A program made the translations under genes and the position numbers. From NCBI RefSeq assembly GCF_058153355.1, contig NZ_CM177019.1: a DNA stretch of 64,000 bases; one strand, 5' to 3'. Shown here in pieces: positions 1 to 13,323 of this stretch; the first letter of the stretch is position 1, and each line of letters starts with the position of its first letter. The notes under the pieces were generated by a model. The model had not been told where the DNA came from. It did no database searches and saw only the letters and a program-made list of their open reading frames with translations.

Positions 1-1175
<1,175 letters not shown>

Positions 1176-1186
1176 GGCGATCACCA

Positions 1187-3190
1187 TCAGGCACCTTTCA
1201 CTCCCAGTACCTTATGCGCTTTTGCCACAATATTCTCGGCGGTAAAGCCAAAGAACGGGAACAGCTTATCCGCAGGAGCAGATTCCCCATAACCCGTCAT
1301 CCCGACAATTGCCCCTTTCAGACCAACATATTTGTACCAGTAATCGGCGATGCCTGCTTCCACCGCCACGCGAGCCGCAACGTTAGAAGGCAACACCGAC
1401 TCCCGATATTCCTCATCCTGGGCGTCGAAAATATCGGTCGAGGGCAGGGAAACTACGCGTACATTGCGACCTTCTCCCGCTAATTTCTCCGCTGCTTGCA
1501 AGGTGATTTCCATCTCTGAACCAGTGGCAATCAAAATAATATCCGGCTTGCCGCCGCTGTCTTTCAACACATAACCACCGCGGGCAATCTCTTTTACCTG
1601 ATCTGGCGTACGTTCCACCTGGGCCAGATTCTGTCTTGAGAGGATCAGCGCCGTCGGCCCGTTGTGACGCTCGACCGCCAGCTTCCAGCCCACCGCAGCT
1701 TCCACCTGATCACACGGTCGCCAGGTGCTGAAATTCGGCGTTAAGCGCAGACTTGCAAGTTGTTCAACCGCCTGGTGCGTCGGACCATCCTCCCCCAGAC
1801 CAATTGAGTCGTGGGTATAAACCATAATTTGCCGCGCTTTCATCAGTGCCGCCATCCGCGCGGCGTTACGAGCGTATTCAACAAACATCAGGAACGTCGC
1901 GGTATACGGCACAAAGCCGCCGTGGTGCGCGATGCCGTTGGCGATGGCGGTCATGCCAAATTCACGTACCCCGTAGTGAATATAATTCCCCGCTGGATCT
2001 TCCTTCAGCGACACAGAACCTTTCCAGATGGTGAGGTTACTGGGAGCCAGATCCGCCGAACCGCCAAGCAGTTCAGGCAGCATTGGCCCGTAAGCGTTAA
2101 GCGTATTTTGCGAAGCCTTACGGGTAGCGATCTTCGCAGGATTCGCCTGCAACTCATTGATATATTTCTGCGTCGTTTTCTCCCAGTCTTTCGGTAAACC
2201 ACCGCTCATCCGGCGAGTAAACTCTTCTGCCAGTTGCGGATGAGCCTTTTTATACGCGGCAAACTTCTCATTCCATCTCTGCTGCGCTTTTTCGCCTTTT
2301 TCGCGGGCATCCCAGGCGTGATAAATCTCTTTGGGGATCTCAAATGGCGGATGGTGCCAGCCCAGTTTCTGTCGAGCCAGCGCCACCTCTTCTTCACCCA
2401 GCGGTGCGCCGTGCGCCTCTTCTTTACCTGCTTTATTCGGTGAACCAAAGCCAATCACCGTACGGCAGATAATCAGCGATGGCTTATCTTTTACGCTTTG
2501 CGCTTCAAGAATCGCTTCCTTCACCGCCTGCGGATCGTGACCGTCGATTTCATGGATCACATGCCAGTGATAGGCTTCAAAACGTTTTGCCGTATCGTCG
2601 GTAAACCAGCCTTCGGTTTCACCGTCGATGGAAATACCATTGTGATCGTAAAAACCAATCAGCTTGCCCAGCCCCAGCGTGCCCGCCAGCGAACAGACTT
2701 CGTGAGAAATACCTTCCATCAGGCAGCCGTCACCCATAAACACATAGGTGAAGTGATCGACAATTTCATGATCCGGCTGGTTAAACTGCGCCGCCAGTGT
2801 ACGTTCTGCTATCGCCAGTCCGACCGCGTTCGCCAAACCTTGTCCAAGTGGACCGGTGGTGGTTTCAACACCAGGCGTATAGCCAATCTCCGGGTGACCA
2901 GGGGTTTTCGAATGCAACTGACGGAAGTTCTTCAGCTCTTCCAGCGGCAGGTCGTAACCGGTCAGATGAAGCAAACTGTAGAGCAGCATCGACGCGTGAC
3001 CGTTAGAGAGAATAAAGCGGTCGCGATCATACCAGGTTGGATCGGTGGGGTTATGTTTAAGAAAATCGTTCCACAGCACTTCGGCAATATCAGCCATGCC
3101 CATCGGCGCGCCGGGATGACCAGAATTGGCTTTTTGTACCGCATCCATACTGAGCGCGCGAATCGCATTGGCAAGGTCTTTTCGGGACAT
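1187..3190 (-). CDS. tktB: transketolase 2
   Basis: ORF translation [40 protein letters not shown]..., 667 aa from the internal Met of the 688-aa track ORF; thiamine-diphosphate enzyme; synteny with talA. Confidence 0.93.
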   Translation of the reverse strand: MSRKDLANAIRALSMDAVQKANSGHPGAPMGMADIAEVLWNDFLKHNPTDPTWYDRDRFILSNGHASMLLYSLLHLTGYDLPLEELKNFRQLHSKTPGHPEIGYTPGVETTTGPLGQGLANAVGLAIAERTLAAQFNQPDHEIVDHFTYVFMGDGCLMEGISHEVCSLAGTLGLGKLIGFYDHNGISIDGETEGWFTDDTAKRFEAYHWHVIHEIDGHDPQAVKEAILEAQSVKDKPSLIICRTVIGFGSPNKAGKEEAHGAPLGEEEVALARQKLGWHHPPFEIPKEIYHAWDAREKGEKAQQRWNEKFAAYKKAHPQLAEEFTRRMSGGLPKDWEKTTQKYINELQANPAKIATRKASQNTLNAYGPMLPELLGGSADLAPSNLTIWKGSVSLKEDPAGNYIHYGVREFGMTAIANGIAHHGGFVPYTATFLMFVEYARNAARMAALMKARQIMVYTHDSIGLGEDGPTHQAVEQLASLRLTPNFSTWRPCDQVEAAVGWKLAVERHNGPTALILSRQNLAQVERTPDQVKEIARGGYVLKDSGGKPDIILIATGSEMEITLQAAEKLAGEGRNVRVVSLPSTDIFDAQDEEYRESVLPSNVAARVAVEAGIADYWYKYVGLKGAIVGMTGYGESAPADKLFPFFGFTAENIVAKAHKVLGVKGA

Positions 3191-3209
3191 ATAACACTCC
3201 GTGGCTGGT

Positions 3210-4160
3210 TTATAGTTTGACGGCAAGAAGATCTTCCAGTTTGCGTTGATCAACGGCGAACAGGCGGATGCCTTCAGAGAGTTTTTCTACCGCCATTGCA
3301 TCCTGATTGTGCTCCCAACGGAACTCCGCTTCGCTCATCGGGGCTGGGCGTGGGAACGTCTGAGAAGGCGGGATTAATTTACGCACTACTGGAGAAACTT
3401 TTTCCTGCAGCTCCTTCAGCAAATTCGGCGCAATAGTCAGTCGATCACAGCCGGTTAAGGCGAGGATTTGTTCGGTGCGACGGAAGCTCGCGCCCATTAC
3501 AATGGTTTCGTAGTGGTGTTGCTTATAGTAGTCGTAGATATTGCGCACTGACTTAACGCCCGGATCTTCTTCCACCACATACGGGTCCATCGGCTTACGC
3601 GCCTGATACCAGTCATAAATACGCCCGACAAACGGCGAAATCAGAAAAACGCCTGCTTCTGCACAGGCCCGCGCCTGAGCAAAAGAAAACAGTAGCGTCA
3701 GGTTGCAGTTAATACCTTCTTTTTCCAGTTCTTCTGCCGCGCGAATTCCTTCCCAGGTTGAAGCCAGCTTGATCAGAATACGTGATTTCTCAACGCCTTG
3801 TTGCTGATACAAGTCCACCAAATGGCGCGCCTTCTCAATACTTTTTTCTTTATCAAAAGAGAGGCGTGCATCAACTTCTGTTGACACGCGACCGGGTACG
3901 ATTTTGAGAATTTCAGTACCGAAATTGACCGCCAGTTTGTCACATGCAGCGACCACCTGTTGTTCCTGGGTCTTGCCATTTTTTTTACCCCAGGCGATAG
4001 CATCGTCTATTAAATGCTCATATTGTGATAATCCGGCAGCCTTGAGTAACAGCGAAGGATTGGTGGTGGCATCCTGGGGATGATAATGGCGAATGGACTC
4101 AATATCGCCACTGTCTGCCACGACAGTGGTGAACTGTTTGATGCCGTCTAACTCGTTCAT
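3210..4160 (-). CDS. talA: transaldolase A
   Basis: 316-aa [26 protein letters not shown]...; lies upstream of tktB on the same strand. Confidence 0.93.
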   Translation of the reverse strand: MNELDGIKQFTTVVADSGDIESIRHYHPQDATTNPSLLLKAAGLSQYEHLIDDAIAWGKKNGKTQEQQVVAACDKLAVNFGTEILKIVPGRVSTEVDARLSFDKEKSIEKARHLVDLYQQQGVEKSRILIKLASTWEGIRAAEELEKEGINCNLTLLFSFAQARACAEAGVFLISPFVGRIYDWYQARKPMDPYVVEEDPGVKSVRNIYDYYKQHHYETIVMGASFRRTEQILALTGCDRLTIAPNLLKELQEKVSPVVRKLIPPSQTFPRPAPMSEAEFRWEHNQDAMAVEKLSEGIRLFAVDQRKLEDLLAVKL

Positions 4161-4447
4161 AGGAAATACTCCTTGAAAAGTAAAGTGTTAGATGAGTGCG
4201 TTAATTCACACTTCTGAGAAATTTCGCTAAACGCATCAAAAAAGCATAGCAGACAGGCATGGTATTGCTGGATTAAGCAGGTAACATCAGTGTTATAGGA
4301 TTATTACCAAAACATTATGTTAATGGTGAGAGTTTGGACTTGCTCAAAGTCTGTAGGCTCCGGCAAGGTAATAATGTGCGCCACGTTGTGGGCAAGGCTG
4401 TTGCTCACACACTTTATTTGTGAACGTTACGTGAAAGGAACAACCAA

Positions 4448-6727
4448 ATGGATGACCAGTTAAAACAAAGTGCACTTGATTTCCATGAATTTCCAGTTCC
4501 AGGGAAAATCCAGGTTTCTCCAACCAAGCCTCTGGCAACGCAGCGCGATCTGGCGCTGGCCTACTCACCAGGCGTTGCCGCACCTTGTCTAGAAATCGAA
4601 AAAGACCCGTTAAAAGCCTACAAATATACCGCTCGTGGTAACCTGGTGGCGGTGATCTCTAACGGTACGGCGGTGCTGGGGTTAGGCAACATTGGCGCGC
4701 TGGCAGGCAAACCGGTGATGGAAGGCAAGGGCGTTCTGTTTAAGAAATTCGCCGGGATTGATGTATTTGACATTGAAGTTGATGAACTTGACCCGGACAA
4801 ATTTATTGAAGTCGTCGCTGCGCTCGAACCGACCTTCGGCGGCATCAACCTCGAAGACATTAAAGCGCCAGAATGTTTCTATATTGAACAGAAACTGCGC
4901 GAGCGGATGAATATTCCAGTATTCCACGACGATCAGCACGGCACGGCAATTATCAGCACTGCAGCCATCCTCAACGGATTGCGCGTGGTGGAGAAAAACA
5001 TCTCCGACGTGCGAATGGTGGTTTCCGGCGCGGGTGCAGCAGCAATTGCCTGTATGAACCTGCTGGTAGCGCTGGGGCTGCAAAAACATAACATCGTGGT
5101 TTGTGATTCAAAAGGCGTTATCTATCAGGGCCGTGAGCCAAATATGGCGGAAACCAAAGCCGCATATGCGGTGGTGGATGACGGCAAACGTACCCTCGAT
5201 GATGTAATTGAAGGCGCGGATATTTTCCTGGGCTGTTCCGGCCCGAAAGTGCTGACCCAGGAAATGGTTAAGAAAATGGCTCGTGCGCCGATGATCCTGG
5301 CGCTTGCAAACCCGGAACCAGAAATTCTGCCGCCGCTGGCGAAAGAAGTGCGTCCGGATGCCATCATCTGTACCGGCCGTTCCGACTACCCGAACCAGGT
5401 TAATAACGTGCTTTGCTTCCCGTTCATCTTCCGTGGCGCGTTGGACGTTGGTGCAACTGCCATCAACGAGGAAATGAAACTGGCGGCGGTACGCGCGATT
5501 GCAGAACTGGCCCATGCGGAACAGAGCGAAGTCGTTGCTTCGGCGTATGGCGATCAAGATTTGAGCTTCGGTCCGGAATACATCATTCCAAAACCGTTTG
5601 ATCCGCGTTTGATCGTTAAGATCGCTCCTGCGGTCGCTAAAGCGGCGATGGAGTCGGGCGTGGCGACGCGTCCGATTGCTGATTTCGACGTCTACATCGA
5701 CAAGCTGACTGAGTTCGTTTACAAAACCAACCTGTTTATGAAGCCGATTTTCTCCCAGGCCCGCAAAGCGCCGAAGCGCGTTGTTTTGCCGGAAGGGGAA
5801 GAGGCTCGCGTTCTGCATGCTACTCAGGAACTGGTGACGCTGGGACTGGCGAAACCGATCCTTATCGGTCGTCCGAACGTGATCGAAATGCGCATTCAAA
5901 AACTGGGCTTGCAGATCAAAGCGGGCGTTGATTTTGAGATCGTCAATAACGAATCCGATCCGCGTTTTAAAGAATACTGGACCGAATACTTCCAGATCAT
6001 GAAGCGCCGTGGTGTAACTCAGGAGCAGGCACAGCGGGCGCTGATCAGTAACCCGACAGTGATCGGCGCGATCATGGTTCAGCGTGGCGAAGCCGATGCA
6101 ATGATTTGCGGTACGGTGGGTGATTATCATGAACACTTCAGCGTGGTGAAAAATGTCTTTGGTTATCGCGATGGCGTTCACACCGCAGGTGCAATGAACG
6201 CGCTGCTATTGCCGAGTGGTAACACTTTTATTGCCGATACCTACGTCAATGACGAGCCAGACGCAGAAGAGCTGGCGGAGATCACCTTGATGGCGGCAGA
6301 AACTGTTCGTCGTTTTGGTATTGAGCCGCGTGTGGCTCTGTTGTCGCACTCCAACTTTGGTTCTTCTGACTGCCCGTCGTCGAGCAAAATGCGTCAAGCG
6401 CTGGAACTGGTCAGAGAGCGTGCGCCAGAACTGATGATTGATGGTGAAATGCACGGCGATGCAGCGCTGGTGGAAGCGATTCGCAGCGATCGTATGCCGG
6501 ACAGCCCTTTGAAAGGTTCCGCCAATATTCTGGTGATGCCGAACATGGAAGCTGCCCGTATTAGTTACAACTTACTGCGCGTTTCCAGCTCGGAAGGTGT
6601 GACTGTCGGTCCGGTGCTGATGGGTGTGGCGAAACCGGTTCACGTGTTAACACCAATCGCATCCGTACGTCGTATCGTCAACATGGTGGCGCTGGCCGTG
6701 GTTGAAGCGCAAACCCAACCGCTGTAA
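4448..6727 (+). CDS. maeB: NADP-dependent malic enzyme (malic enzyme domain fused to a PTA-like domain)
   Basis: 759-aa ORF; divergent from talA as in K-12. Confidence 0.93.
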   Translation: MDDQLKQSALDFHEFPVPGKIQVSPTKPLATQRDLALAYSPGVAAPCLEIEKDPLKAYKYTARGNLVAVISNGTAVLGLGNIGALAGKPVMEGKGVLFKKFAGIDVFDIEVDELDPDKFIEVVAALEPTFGGINLEDIKAPECFYIEQKLRERMNIPVFHDDQHGTAIISTAAILNGLRVVEKNISDVRMVVSGAGAAAIACMNLLVALGLQKHNIVVCDSKGVIYQGREPNMAETKAAYAVVDDGKRTLDDVIEGADIFLGCSGPKVLTQEMVKKMARAPMILALANPEPEILPPLAKEVRPDAIICTGRSDYPNQVNNVLCFPFIFRGALDVGATAINEEMKLAAVRAIAELAHAEQSEVVASAYGDQDLSFGPEYIIPKPFDPRLIVKIAPAVAKAAMESGVATRPIADFDVYIDKLTEFVYKTNLFMKPIFSQARKAPKRVVLPEGEEARVLHATQELVTLGLAKPILIGRPNVIEMRIQKLGLQIKAGVDFEIVNNESDPRFKEYWTEYFQIMKRRGVTQEQAQRALISNPTVIGAIMVQRGEADAMICGTVGDYHEHFSVVKNVFGYRDGVHTAGAMNALLLPSGNTFIADTYVNDEPDAEELAEITLMAAETVRRFGIEPRVALLSHSNFGSSDCPSSSKMRQALELVRERAPELMIDGEMHGDAALVEAIRSDRMPDSPLKGSANILVMPNMEAARISYNLLRVSSSEGVTVGPVLMGVAKPVHVLTPIASVRRIVNMVALAVVEAQTQPL

Positions 6728-6744
6728 TTCATTCTTAACTCTCA

Positions 6745-6777
6745 CGCTTACCCTGAATATTCAGGGTAAGCGGTTTT
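6745..6777 (+). terminator. rho-independent terminator after maeB
   Basis: cgcttaccctga-atat-tcagggtaagcg hairpin followed by gtttt. Confidence 0.6.
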
Positions 6778-6779
6778 AC

Positions 6780-7019
6780 TGTAATATATTAGTAAAGCTT
6801 ATTACTAAGTTTTCGAATAATAAAAAAAGCAGCATATAAACTATCTCGATATCATTTTATTTATATTCATGCGTTGCATATGAAAGTTTATGCATCACAG
6901 TAAATATCTCTCCATTCTTAGTGATCTACCTCACCTTTTAAACGCGCTTGCCGAATTTTGTTATTTACTCTGACGAAAAATTGTCACGATACACGAAAGT
7001 TTTTCACAGGCGGCGACTC
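6780..7019 (+). promoter_or_regulatory. AT-rich eut operon promoter region (expected EutR-dependent promoter)
   Basis: 240-bp AT-rich non-coding stretch directly upstream of eutS; no specific operator identified. Confidence 0.35.
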
Positions 7020-7355
7020 ATGGATAAAGAACGCATCATTCAGGAATTTGTGCCCGGCAAACAGGTCACACTGGCGCATCTCATCGCGCATCCCGGCGAG
7101 GAACTGGCGAAGAAAATCGGCGTTCCTGATGCGGGCGCAATCGGCATTATGACGCTAACTCCCGGCGAAACGGCGATGATCGCCGGTGATTTAGCACTAA
7201 AAGCCGCCGATGTGCATATCGGTTTTCTCGACCGTTTTAGCGGCGCGCTGGTGATTTATGGCTCGGTGGGTGCAGTAGAAGAAGCGTTATCACAAACCGT
7301 CAGTGGTTTAGGTCGCTTATTAAATTATACGCTTTGTGAAATGACCAAAAGTTAA
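7020..7355 (+). CDS. eutS: ethanolamine utilisation microcompartment shell protein EutS (BMC domain)
   Basis: [28 protein letters not shown]... from the internal Met of track ORF 6948..7355; 111 aa. Confidence 0.9.
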
Positions 7356-7367
7356 TACGAGGCATTC

Positions 7368-7847
7368 ATGGAACGAATTGCGTTTGTGGGTACCGTCGGG
7401 GCAGGAAAAACAACGTTATTTAATGCGTTGCAGGGGAATTATACCCTCGCCAGAAAAACACAGGCCGTGGAATTTAATGATAAGGGCGATATTGATACGC
7501 CGGGTGAATATTTTAGCCATCCCCGCTGGTATCACGCCTTAATTACCACGCTACAGGATGTGGACATGCTGATTTATGTCCACGGCGCGAATGACCCGGA
7601 AAGCCGATTGCCTGCCGGGTTGCTGGATATTGGTGCCAGCAAACGGCAAATCGCCGTCATCAGTAAAACGGACATGCCGGATGCTGACGTCGCAGCAACG
7701 CGAAAGTTATTGCTTGAAACTGGTTTTGAAGAGCCGATTTTCGAGCTAAACAGCCACGACCCGCAAAGCGTGCAGCAACTGGTGAATTATCTGGCATCTC
7801 TCACCGAACAGGAGGAAGCAGGTGAAAAAACTCATCACAGCGAATGA
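7368..7847 (+). CDS. eutP: EutP, putative acetate kinase / P-loop NTPase
   Basis: 159-aa ORF with Walker A motif GTVGAGKTT. Confidence 0.9.
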   Translation: MERIAFVGTVGAGKTTLFNALQGNYTLARKTQAVEFNDKGDIDTPGEYFSHPRWYHALITTLQDVDMLIYVHGANDPESRLPAGLLDIGASKRQIAVISKTDMPDADVAATRKLLLETGFEEPIFELNSHDPQSVQQLVNYLASLTEQEEAGEKTHHSE

Positions 7848-8523
7848 TATTCGTGAAGCACATGCGCGCGGCGAACAGGCAATGTCTGTGGTTCTGCGCG
7901 CCAGCATTATTACCCCGGAAGCCCGCGAAGTGGCGGACTTGCTGGGGTTTACCATCACCGAATGCACTGAATCGACGCCAGTAGCGGCATCTGTTCCCGT
8001 CAGCGTGCCTGCCGATAAAACTGAAAGCCAGCGTATCCGCGAAACCATCATCGCCCAGCTGCCGGAAGGCCAGTTTACCGAAAGCCTGGTCGCGCAGCTG
8101 ATGGAAAAAGTGATGAAGGAAAAACAGTCGCTGGAGCAGGGGGCAATGCAGCCGAGTTTTAAATCGGTGACCGGCAAAGGCGGCATCAAAGTTATTGATG
8201 GCAGCAGCGTGAAGTTTGGTCGTTTCGATGGCGCGGAACCGCACTGCGTAGGCTTGACTGATCTCGTGACCGGAGACGACGGCAGCAGCATGGCCGCCGG
8301 TTTTATGCAGTGGGAGAACGCCTTCTTCCCGTGGACCCTGAACTACGACGAAATCGACATGGTACTGGAAGGGGAGCTTCATGTTCGCCATGAAGGCGAA
8401 ACCATGATCGCTAAAGCAGGCGACGTGATGTTTATCCCGAAAGGTTCCAGCATCGAATTTGGTACGACATCCAGTGTGAAATTCCTGTATGTCGCCTGGC
8501 CGGCTAACTGGCAATCCCTATGA
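7822..8523 (+). CDS. eutQ: EutQ, cupin-fold acetate kinase
   Basis: 233-aa ORF; operon position. Confidence 0.88.
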   Translation: MKKLITANDIREAHARGEQAMSVVLRASIITPEAREVADLLGFTITECTESTPVAASVPVSVPADKTESQRIRETIIAQLPEGQFTESLVAQLMEKVMKEKQSLEQGAMQPSFKSVTGKGGIKVIDGSSVKFGRFDGAEPHCVGLTDLVTGDDGSSMAAGFMQWENAFFPWTLNYDEIDMVLEGELHVRHEGETMIAKAGDVMFIPKGSSIEFGTTSSVKFLYVAWPANWQSL

Positions 8524-9323
8524 AAGATTTCATCACCGAAGCATGGCTAAGAGCGAACCATACGCTCAGCGAAGGCGCAGAGATCCATCTCCCTGCGGAC
8601 AGTCGCCTGACGCCCTCTGCCCGGGAGTTACTGGAAAGCCGCCATCTGCGCATCAAGTTTATTGACGAGCAGGGCCGCCTGTTTGTTGACGATGAACAGC
8701 AGCAGCTACAGCCCGTTCACGTGCTGACCAGTAGTGATGAACATCCGCAGGCGTGCTGCGAACTGTGTCACCAGCCAGTGGCGAAAAAGCCGGACACGCT
8801 GACTCACCTGTCGGCGGAAAAAATGGTCGCCAAAAGCGATCCGCGCCTGGGTTTTCGCGCTGTTCTCGACAGCACCATTGCGCTGGTAGTGTGGCTGCAA
8901 ATTGAACTGACAGAACCGTGGCAGCCGTGGCTGGCAGATATCCGTTCGCGTCTTGGCAACATTATGCGTGCCGATGTGTTGGGCGAACCGCTGGCCTGCC
9001 AGGCGATTGTCGGGCTTTCTGACGAAGATCTGCATCGGCTTTCTCACCAGCCGCTGCGCTATCTTGGTCACGATCATCTGGTGCCGGAAGCCAGCCACGG
9101 ACGCGATGCGGCGTTGCTGAATCTGCTACGCACCAAAGTGCGGGAAACCGAAACCGTCGCGGCGCAGGTGTTTATTACCCGTAGTTTTGAAGTATTACGC
9201 CCGGACATCTTGCAGGCGCTGAACCGCCTTTCCAGCACGGTTTACGTGATGATGATTTTGAGCGTAACGAAGCAGCCGCTAACGGTGAAGCAGATCCAAC
9301 AACGACTGGGGGAAACGCAATGA
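8520..9323 (+). CDS. eutT: EutT, ethanolamine corrinoid adenosyltransferase
   Basis: 267-aa ORF with Cys-rich motif [10 protein letters not shown]; operon position. Confidence 0.88.
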   Translation: MKDFITEAWLRANHTLSEGAEIHLPADSRLTPSARELLESRHLRIKFIDEQGRLFVDDEQQQLQPVHVLTSSDEHPQACCELCHQPVAKKPDTLTHLSAEKMVAKSDPRLGFRAVLDSTIALVVWLQIELTEPWQPWLADIRSRLGNIMRADVLGEPLACQAIVGLSDEDLHRLSHQPLRYLGHDHLVPEASHGRDAALLNLLRTKVRETETVAAQVFITRSFEVLRPDILQALNRLSSTVYVMMILSVTKQPLTVKQIQQRLGETQ

Positions 9324-10336
9324 TTATTGAACGTTGTCGTGAACTGGCGTTGCGAGCGCCCGCCACAGTGGTATTTCCGGATGCGTTAGATCAACGTGTG
9401 CTGAAAGCTGCGCAATATTTACATCAACAAGGTCTGGCAACGCCCATTCTGGTCGCCAATCCGTTTGAACTTCGTCAGTTTGCGCTCAGTCACGGCGTGG
9501 CGATGGACGGGCTACAGGTGATAGATCCGCATGGCAACCTCGCAATGCGGGAAGAATTTGCTCTCCGCTGGCTGGCCCGTGCGGGCGAAAAAACGCCGCC
9601 GGATGCGCTGGAAAAACTCACCGATCCGCTGATGTTCGCTGCCGCAATGGTCAGCGCCGGGACAGCGGATGTCTGTATCGCGGGCAATCTCTCTTCCACG
9701 GCAAATGTGCTGCGTGCCGGATTACGCATTATTGGCTTACAGCCAGGCTGTAAAACGCTCTCCTCCATTTTCCTGATGCTGCCACAGTACAGTGGCCCCG
9801 CATTGGGCTTTGCCGATTGCAGCGTAGTGCCACAGCCGACGGCGGCACAACTGGCGGATATCGCGCTTGCCAGCGCCGAAACCTGGCGCGCCATCACCGG
9901 AGAAGAGCCGCGCGTGGCGATGTTGTCGTTTTCCAGTAACGGCAGCGCCCGTCACCCCTGCGTTGCCAACGTCCAGCAGGCGACAGAAATCGTCCGTGAG
10001 CGCGCACCGCAGCTGGTCGTCGATGGCGAGTTGCAGTTTGACGCCGCCTTTGTGCCGGAAGTGGCGGCGCAAAAAGCGCCAGCCAGCCTGCTACAGGGCA
10101 AAGCCAATGTGATGGTTTTTCCGTCGCTGGAGGCGGGAAATATTGGCTACAAAATCGCACAACGACTTGGCGGATATCGTGCCGTCGGGCCATTGATACA
10201 AGGACTTGCCGCGCCGATGCACGATCTCTCTCGTGGTTGTAGCGTGCAGGAAATTATCGAGCTGGCGCTGGTGGCAGCTGTGCCGCGTCAGACAAAAGTG
10301 AACCGCGAAAGCAGTTTACAAACACTGGTTGAATGA
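9320..10336 (+). CDS. eutD: EutD, phosphotransacetylase
   Basis: 338-aa PTA-family ORF; operon position. Confidence 0.9.
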   Translation: MIIERCRELALRAPATVVFPDALDQRVLKAAQYLHQQGLATPILVANPFELRQFALSHGVAMDGLQVIDPHGNLAMREEFALRWLARAGEKTPPDALEKLTDPLMFAAAMVSAGTADVCIAGNLSSTANVLRAGLRIIGLQPGCKTLSSIFLMLPQYSGPALGFADCSVVPQPTAAQLADIALASAETWRAITGEEPRVAMLSFSSNGSARHPCVANVQQATEIVRERAPQLVVDGELQFDAAFVPEVAAQKAPASLLQGKANVMVFPSLEAGNIGYKIAQRLGGYRAVGPLIQGLAAPMHDLSRGCSVQEIIELALVAAVPRQTKVNRESSLQTLVE

Positions 10337-10374
10337 ACGGTCCCGTTCTGGACCCCTATAAAGAGGAAAACACA

Positions 10375-10668
10375 ATGGAAGCATTAGGAATGATCGAAAC
10401 CCGGGGCCTGGTTGCACTGATTGAGGCTTCTGATGCGATGGTGAAAGCTGCGCGCGTCAAACTGGTTGGTGTTAAGCAGATTGGCGGCGGCCTGTGTACT
10501 GCCATGGTTCGCGGTGATGTTGCAGCCTGTAAAGCCGCGACCGATGCCGGTGCCGCAGCGGCACAGCGTATCGGTGAACTGGTATCCGTACATGTTATTC
10601 CGCGTCCGCACGGCGACCTGGAAGAAGTTTTCCCGATCGGCCTGAAAGGCGATAGCAGCAACCTGTAA
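10375..10668 (+). CDS. eutM: EutM, major BMC shell protein
   Basis: [28 protein letters not shown]... canonical BMC-H domain, 97 aa from internal Met. Confidence 0.92.
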   Translation: MEALGMIETRGLVALIEASDAMVKAARVKLVGVKQIGGGLCTAMVRGDVAACKAATDAGAAAAQRIGELVSVHVIPRPHGDLEEVFPIGLKGDSSNL

Positions 10669-10675
10669 TCACCCT

Positions 10676-10716
10676 GTGTGACGTCGATTCGGGCGTCACG
10701 CTCTCTCCTTTTTCAG
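10676..10716 (+). terminator. Intra-operon hairpin plus U-rich tract between eutM and eutN (possible partial terminator/attenuator)
   Basis: gtgacg...cgtcac stem (10678-10683 / 10694-10699) followed by ctctctccttttt. Confidence 0.3.
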
Positions 10717-10773
10717 TTTACCTTCCGCGGAGGGTAGGGGAGCTTTTACCTGAAATACGCCACGGAGGCGGGT

Positions 10774-11061
10774 ATGAAACTGGCAGTCGTCACAGGACAA
10801 ATTGTTTGTACCGTACGCCATCACGGACTGGCGCATGACAAATTGCTGATGGTGGAAATGATTGATCCACAAGGTAATCCTGATGGGCAATGTGCTGTCG
10901 CCATCGACAATATTGGCGCGGGAACCGGGGAGTGGGTGTTGCTGGTGAGTGGCAGTTCCGCCCGCCAGGCGCATAAAAGCGAAACGTCACCGGTCGATCT
11001 GTGCGTAATTGGCATTGTCGATGAGGTGGTCTCTGGCGGTCAGGTAATTTTCCACAAATAA
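10774..11061 (+). CDS. eutN: EutN, BMC vertex protein
   Basis: 95-aa ORF MKLAVVTGQIVCTVRHHGL...; EutN/CcmL-like. Confidence 0.9.
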   Translation: MKLAVVTGQIVCTVRHHGLAHDKLLMVEMIDPQGNPDGQCAVAIDNIGAGTGEWVLLVSGSSARQAHKSETSPVDLCVIGIVDEVVSGGQVIFHK

Positions 11062-11072
11062 GGCAGAACATC

Positions 11073-12476
11073 ATGAATCAACAGGATATTGAACAGGTGG
11101 TGAAAGCGGTACTGCTGAAAATGCAAAGCAGTGACACGTCGCCCGCCGCCGTTCATGAGATGGGCGTTTTTGCTTCCCTGGATGACGCCGTTGCGGCGGC
11201 CAAAATTGCCCAGCAAGGGTTAAAAAGCGTGGCAATGCGCCAGTTAGCCATTGCTGCCATTCGTGAAGCAGGCGAAAAACACGCCAGAGATTTAGCGGAA
11301 CTTGCCGTCAGTGAAACGGGTATGGGCCGCGTAGAAGATAAATTTGCCAAAAACGTCGCTCAGGCACGCGGTACGCCAGGCGTTGAGTGCCTCTCTCCAC
11401 AGGTGCTGACCGGTGACAACGGCCTGACTTTAATTGAAAACGCGCCCTGGGGCGTGGTGGCTTCGGTGACGCCTTCCACTAACCCGGCGGCAACCGTAAT
11501 TAATAACGCCATCAGCCTGATTGCCGCGGGCAACAGCGTCATTTTTGCCCCGCATCCGGCGGCGAAAAAAGTCTCTCAACGGGCTATTACGTTGCTCAAC
11601 CAGGCGATTGTTGCCGCAGGCGGGCCGGAAAACTTACTGGTTACTGTGGCAAATCCAGATATCGAAACCGCGCAACGCTTATTCAAGTTTCCGGGCATCG
11701 GTCTGTTGGTGGTGACCGGCGGCGAAGCGGTAGTGGAAGCGGCGCGCAAACACACCAATAAACGTCTGATTGCCGCAGGTGCTGGCAACCCGCCGGTGGT
11801 GGTGGATGAAACCGCCGACCTCGCCCGTGCCGCTCAGTCCATCGTCAAAGGCGCTTCTTTCGATAACAACATCATTTGTGCCGATGAAAAGGTACTGATT
11901 GTTGTTGATAGCGTAGCCGATGAACTAATGCGTCTGATGGAAGGCCAGCACGCGGTGAAACTGACCGCAGAACAGGCGCAGCAGCTACAACCGGTGTTGC
12001 TGAAAAATATCGATGAGTGCGGAAAAGGCACCGTCAGCCGTGACTGGGTGGGTCGCGATGCGGCGAAAATCGCGGCGGCAATCGGCCTGAACGTGCCGCA
12101 AGAAACGCGCTTGCTGTTTATAGAAACCCCCGCAGAACATCCGTTTGCCGTGACCGAACTGATGATGCCAGTGCTGCCGGTCGTGCGCGTCGCCAACGTG
12201 GCGGATGCCATTGCGCTGGCGGTGAAACTGGAAGGCGGTTGCCACCACACGGCGGCAATGCACTCGCGCAATATCGAGAACATGAACCAAATGGCGAACG
12301 CCATTGAAACCAGTATTTTCGTTAAGAACGGACCGTGCATTGCCGGGCTGGGGCTGGGCGGGGAAGGCTGGACCACGATGACCATCACTACGCCAACCGG
12401 TGAAGGGGTAACCAGCGCGCGTACGTTTGTCCGTCTGCGTCGCTGTGTATTAGTCGATGCGTTTCGCATTGTTTAA
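11073..12476 (+). CDS. eutE: EutE, acetaldehyde dehydrogenase (acetylating)
   Basis: 467-aa aldehyde dehydrogenase family ORF. Confidence 0.92.
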   Translation: MNQQDIEQVVKAVLLKMQSSDTSPAAVHEMGVFASLDDAVAAAKIAQQGLKSVAMRQLAIAAIREAGEKHARDLAELAVSETGMGRVEDKFAKNVAQARGTPGVECLSPQVLTGDNGLTLIENAPWGVVASVTPSTNPAATVINNAISLIAAGNSVIFAPHPAAKKVSQRAITLLNQAIVAAGGPENLLVTVANPDIETAQRLFKFPGIGLLVVTGGEAVVEAARKHTNKRLIAAGAGNPPVVVDETADLARAAQSIVKGASFDNNIICADEKVLIVVDSVADELMRLMEGQHAVKLTAEQAQQLQPVLLKNIDECGKGTVSRDWVGRDAAKIAAAIGLNVPQETRLLFIETPAEHPFAVTELMMPVLPVVRVANVADAIALAVKLEGGCHHTAAMHSRNIENMNQMANAIETSIFVKNGPCIAGLGLGGEGWTTMTITTPTGEGVTSARTFVRLRRCVLVDAFRIV

Positions 12477-12486
12477 GGAGTAACCG

Positions 12487-13323
12487 ATGGCGCATGACGA
12501 ACAATGGCTTACCCCGCGGCTGCAAACGGCGGCAACGCTGTGTAACCAGACGCCCGCCGCGTCGGAATCTCCGCTGTGGTTGGGGGTGGATCTGGGCACC
12601 TGCGATGTGGTGTCGATGGTTGTCGACGGCGACGGTCAGCCGGTGGCGGTATGCCTCGACTGGGCCGATGTGGTACGCGACGGCATCGTCTGGGATTTCT
12701 TCGGTGCAGTTACGATTGTTCGTCGCCATCTCGATACCCTCGAGCAGCAATTTGGTCGCCGTTTTAGCCGTGCGGCGACTTCATTTCCACCAGGTACGGA
12801 TCCGCGTATTTCCATCAATGTGCTGGAGTCTGCCGGGCTGGAAGTGAGCCATGTGCTGGATGAGCCAACCGCAGTCGCGGATCTGCTGCAACTGGACAAC
12901 GCCGGTGTAGTGGATATTGGCGGCGGCACTACCGGAATTGCCATCGTGAAAAAGGGCAAGGTGACTTATTCAGCGGATGAAGCGACCGGCGGACATCACA
13001 TTTCTCTGACTCTCGCCGGAAATCGCCGTATTTCGCTGGAAGAGGCAGAGCAGTACAAGCGCGGTCACGGTGACGAGATTTGGCCTGCGGTGAAGCCGGT
13101 GTACGAAAAAATGGCGGACATTGTTGCCCGACATATTGAAGGGCAGGGCATTACTGATTTATGGCTGGCGGGCGGTTCCTGTATGCAACCGGGCGTGGCG
13201 GAGCTGTTTCGCAAACAATTCCCGGCGTTACAGGTGTATTTACCGCAGCACAGTTTGTTTATGACCCCACTGGCGATCGCCAGTAGCGGGCGAGAGAAAG
13301 CGGAGGGGCTATATGCAAAATGA
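12487..13323 (+). CDS. eutJ: EutJ, Hsp70-fold chaperone-like protein
   Basis: 278-aa ORF; actin/Hsp70 fold motifs (DLGT, DIGGGTT). Confidence 0.9.
   Translation: MAHDEQWLTPRLQTAATLCNQTPAASESPLWLGVDLGTCDVVSMVVDGDGQPVAVCLDWADVVRDGIVWDFFGAVTIVRRHLDTLEQQFGRRFSRAATSFPPGTDPRISINVLESAGLEVSHVLDEPTAVADLLQLDNAGVVDIGGGTTGIAIVKKGKVTYSADEATGGHHISLTLAGNRRISLEEAEQYKRGHGDEIWPAVKPVYEKMADIVARHIEGQGITDLWLAGGSCMQPGVAELFRKQFPALQVYLPQHSLFMTPLAIASSGREKAEGLYAK

Noticed and set aside
5108-6181. 357-aa minus-strand ORF inside maeB
   Set aside because: Antisense to the well-supported maeB frame; translation is low-complexity and Arg/His-rich, typical of a spurious antisense ORF in GC-rich coding sequence.
7801-8514. 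237-aa minus-strand ORF overlapping eutQ
   Set aside because: Antisense to eutQ, whose frame fits the operon; no independent signals.
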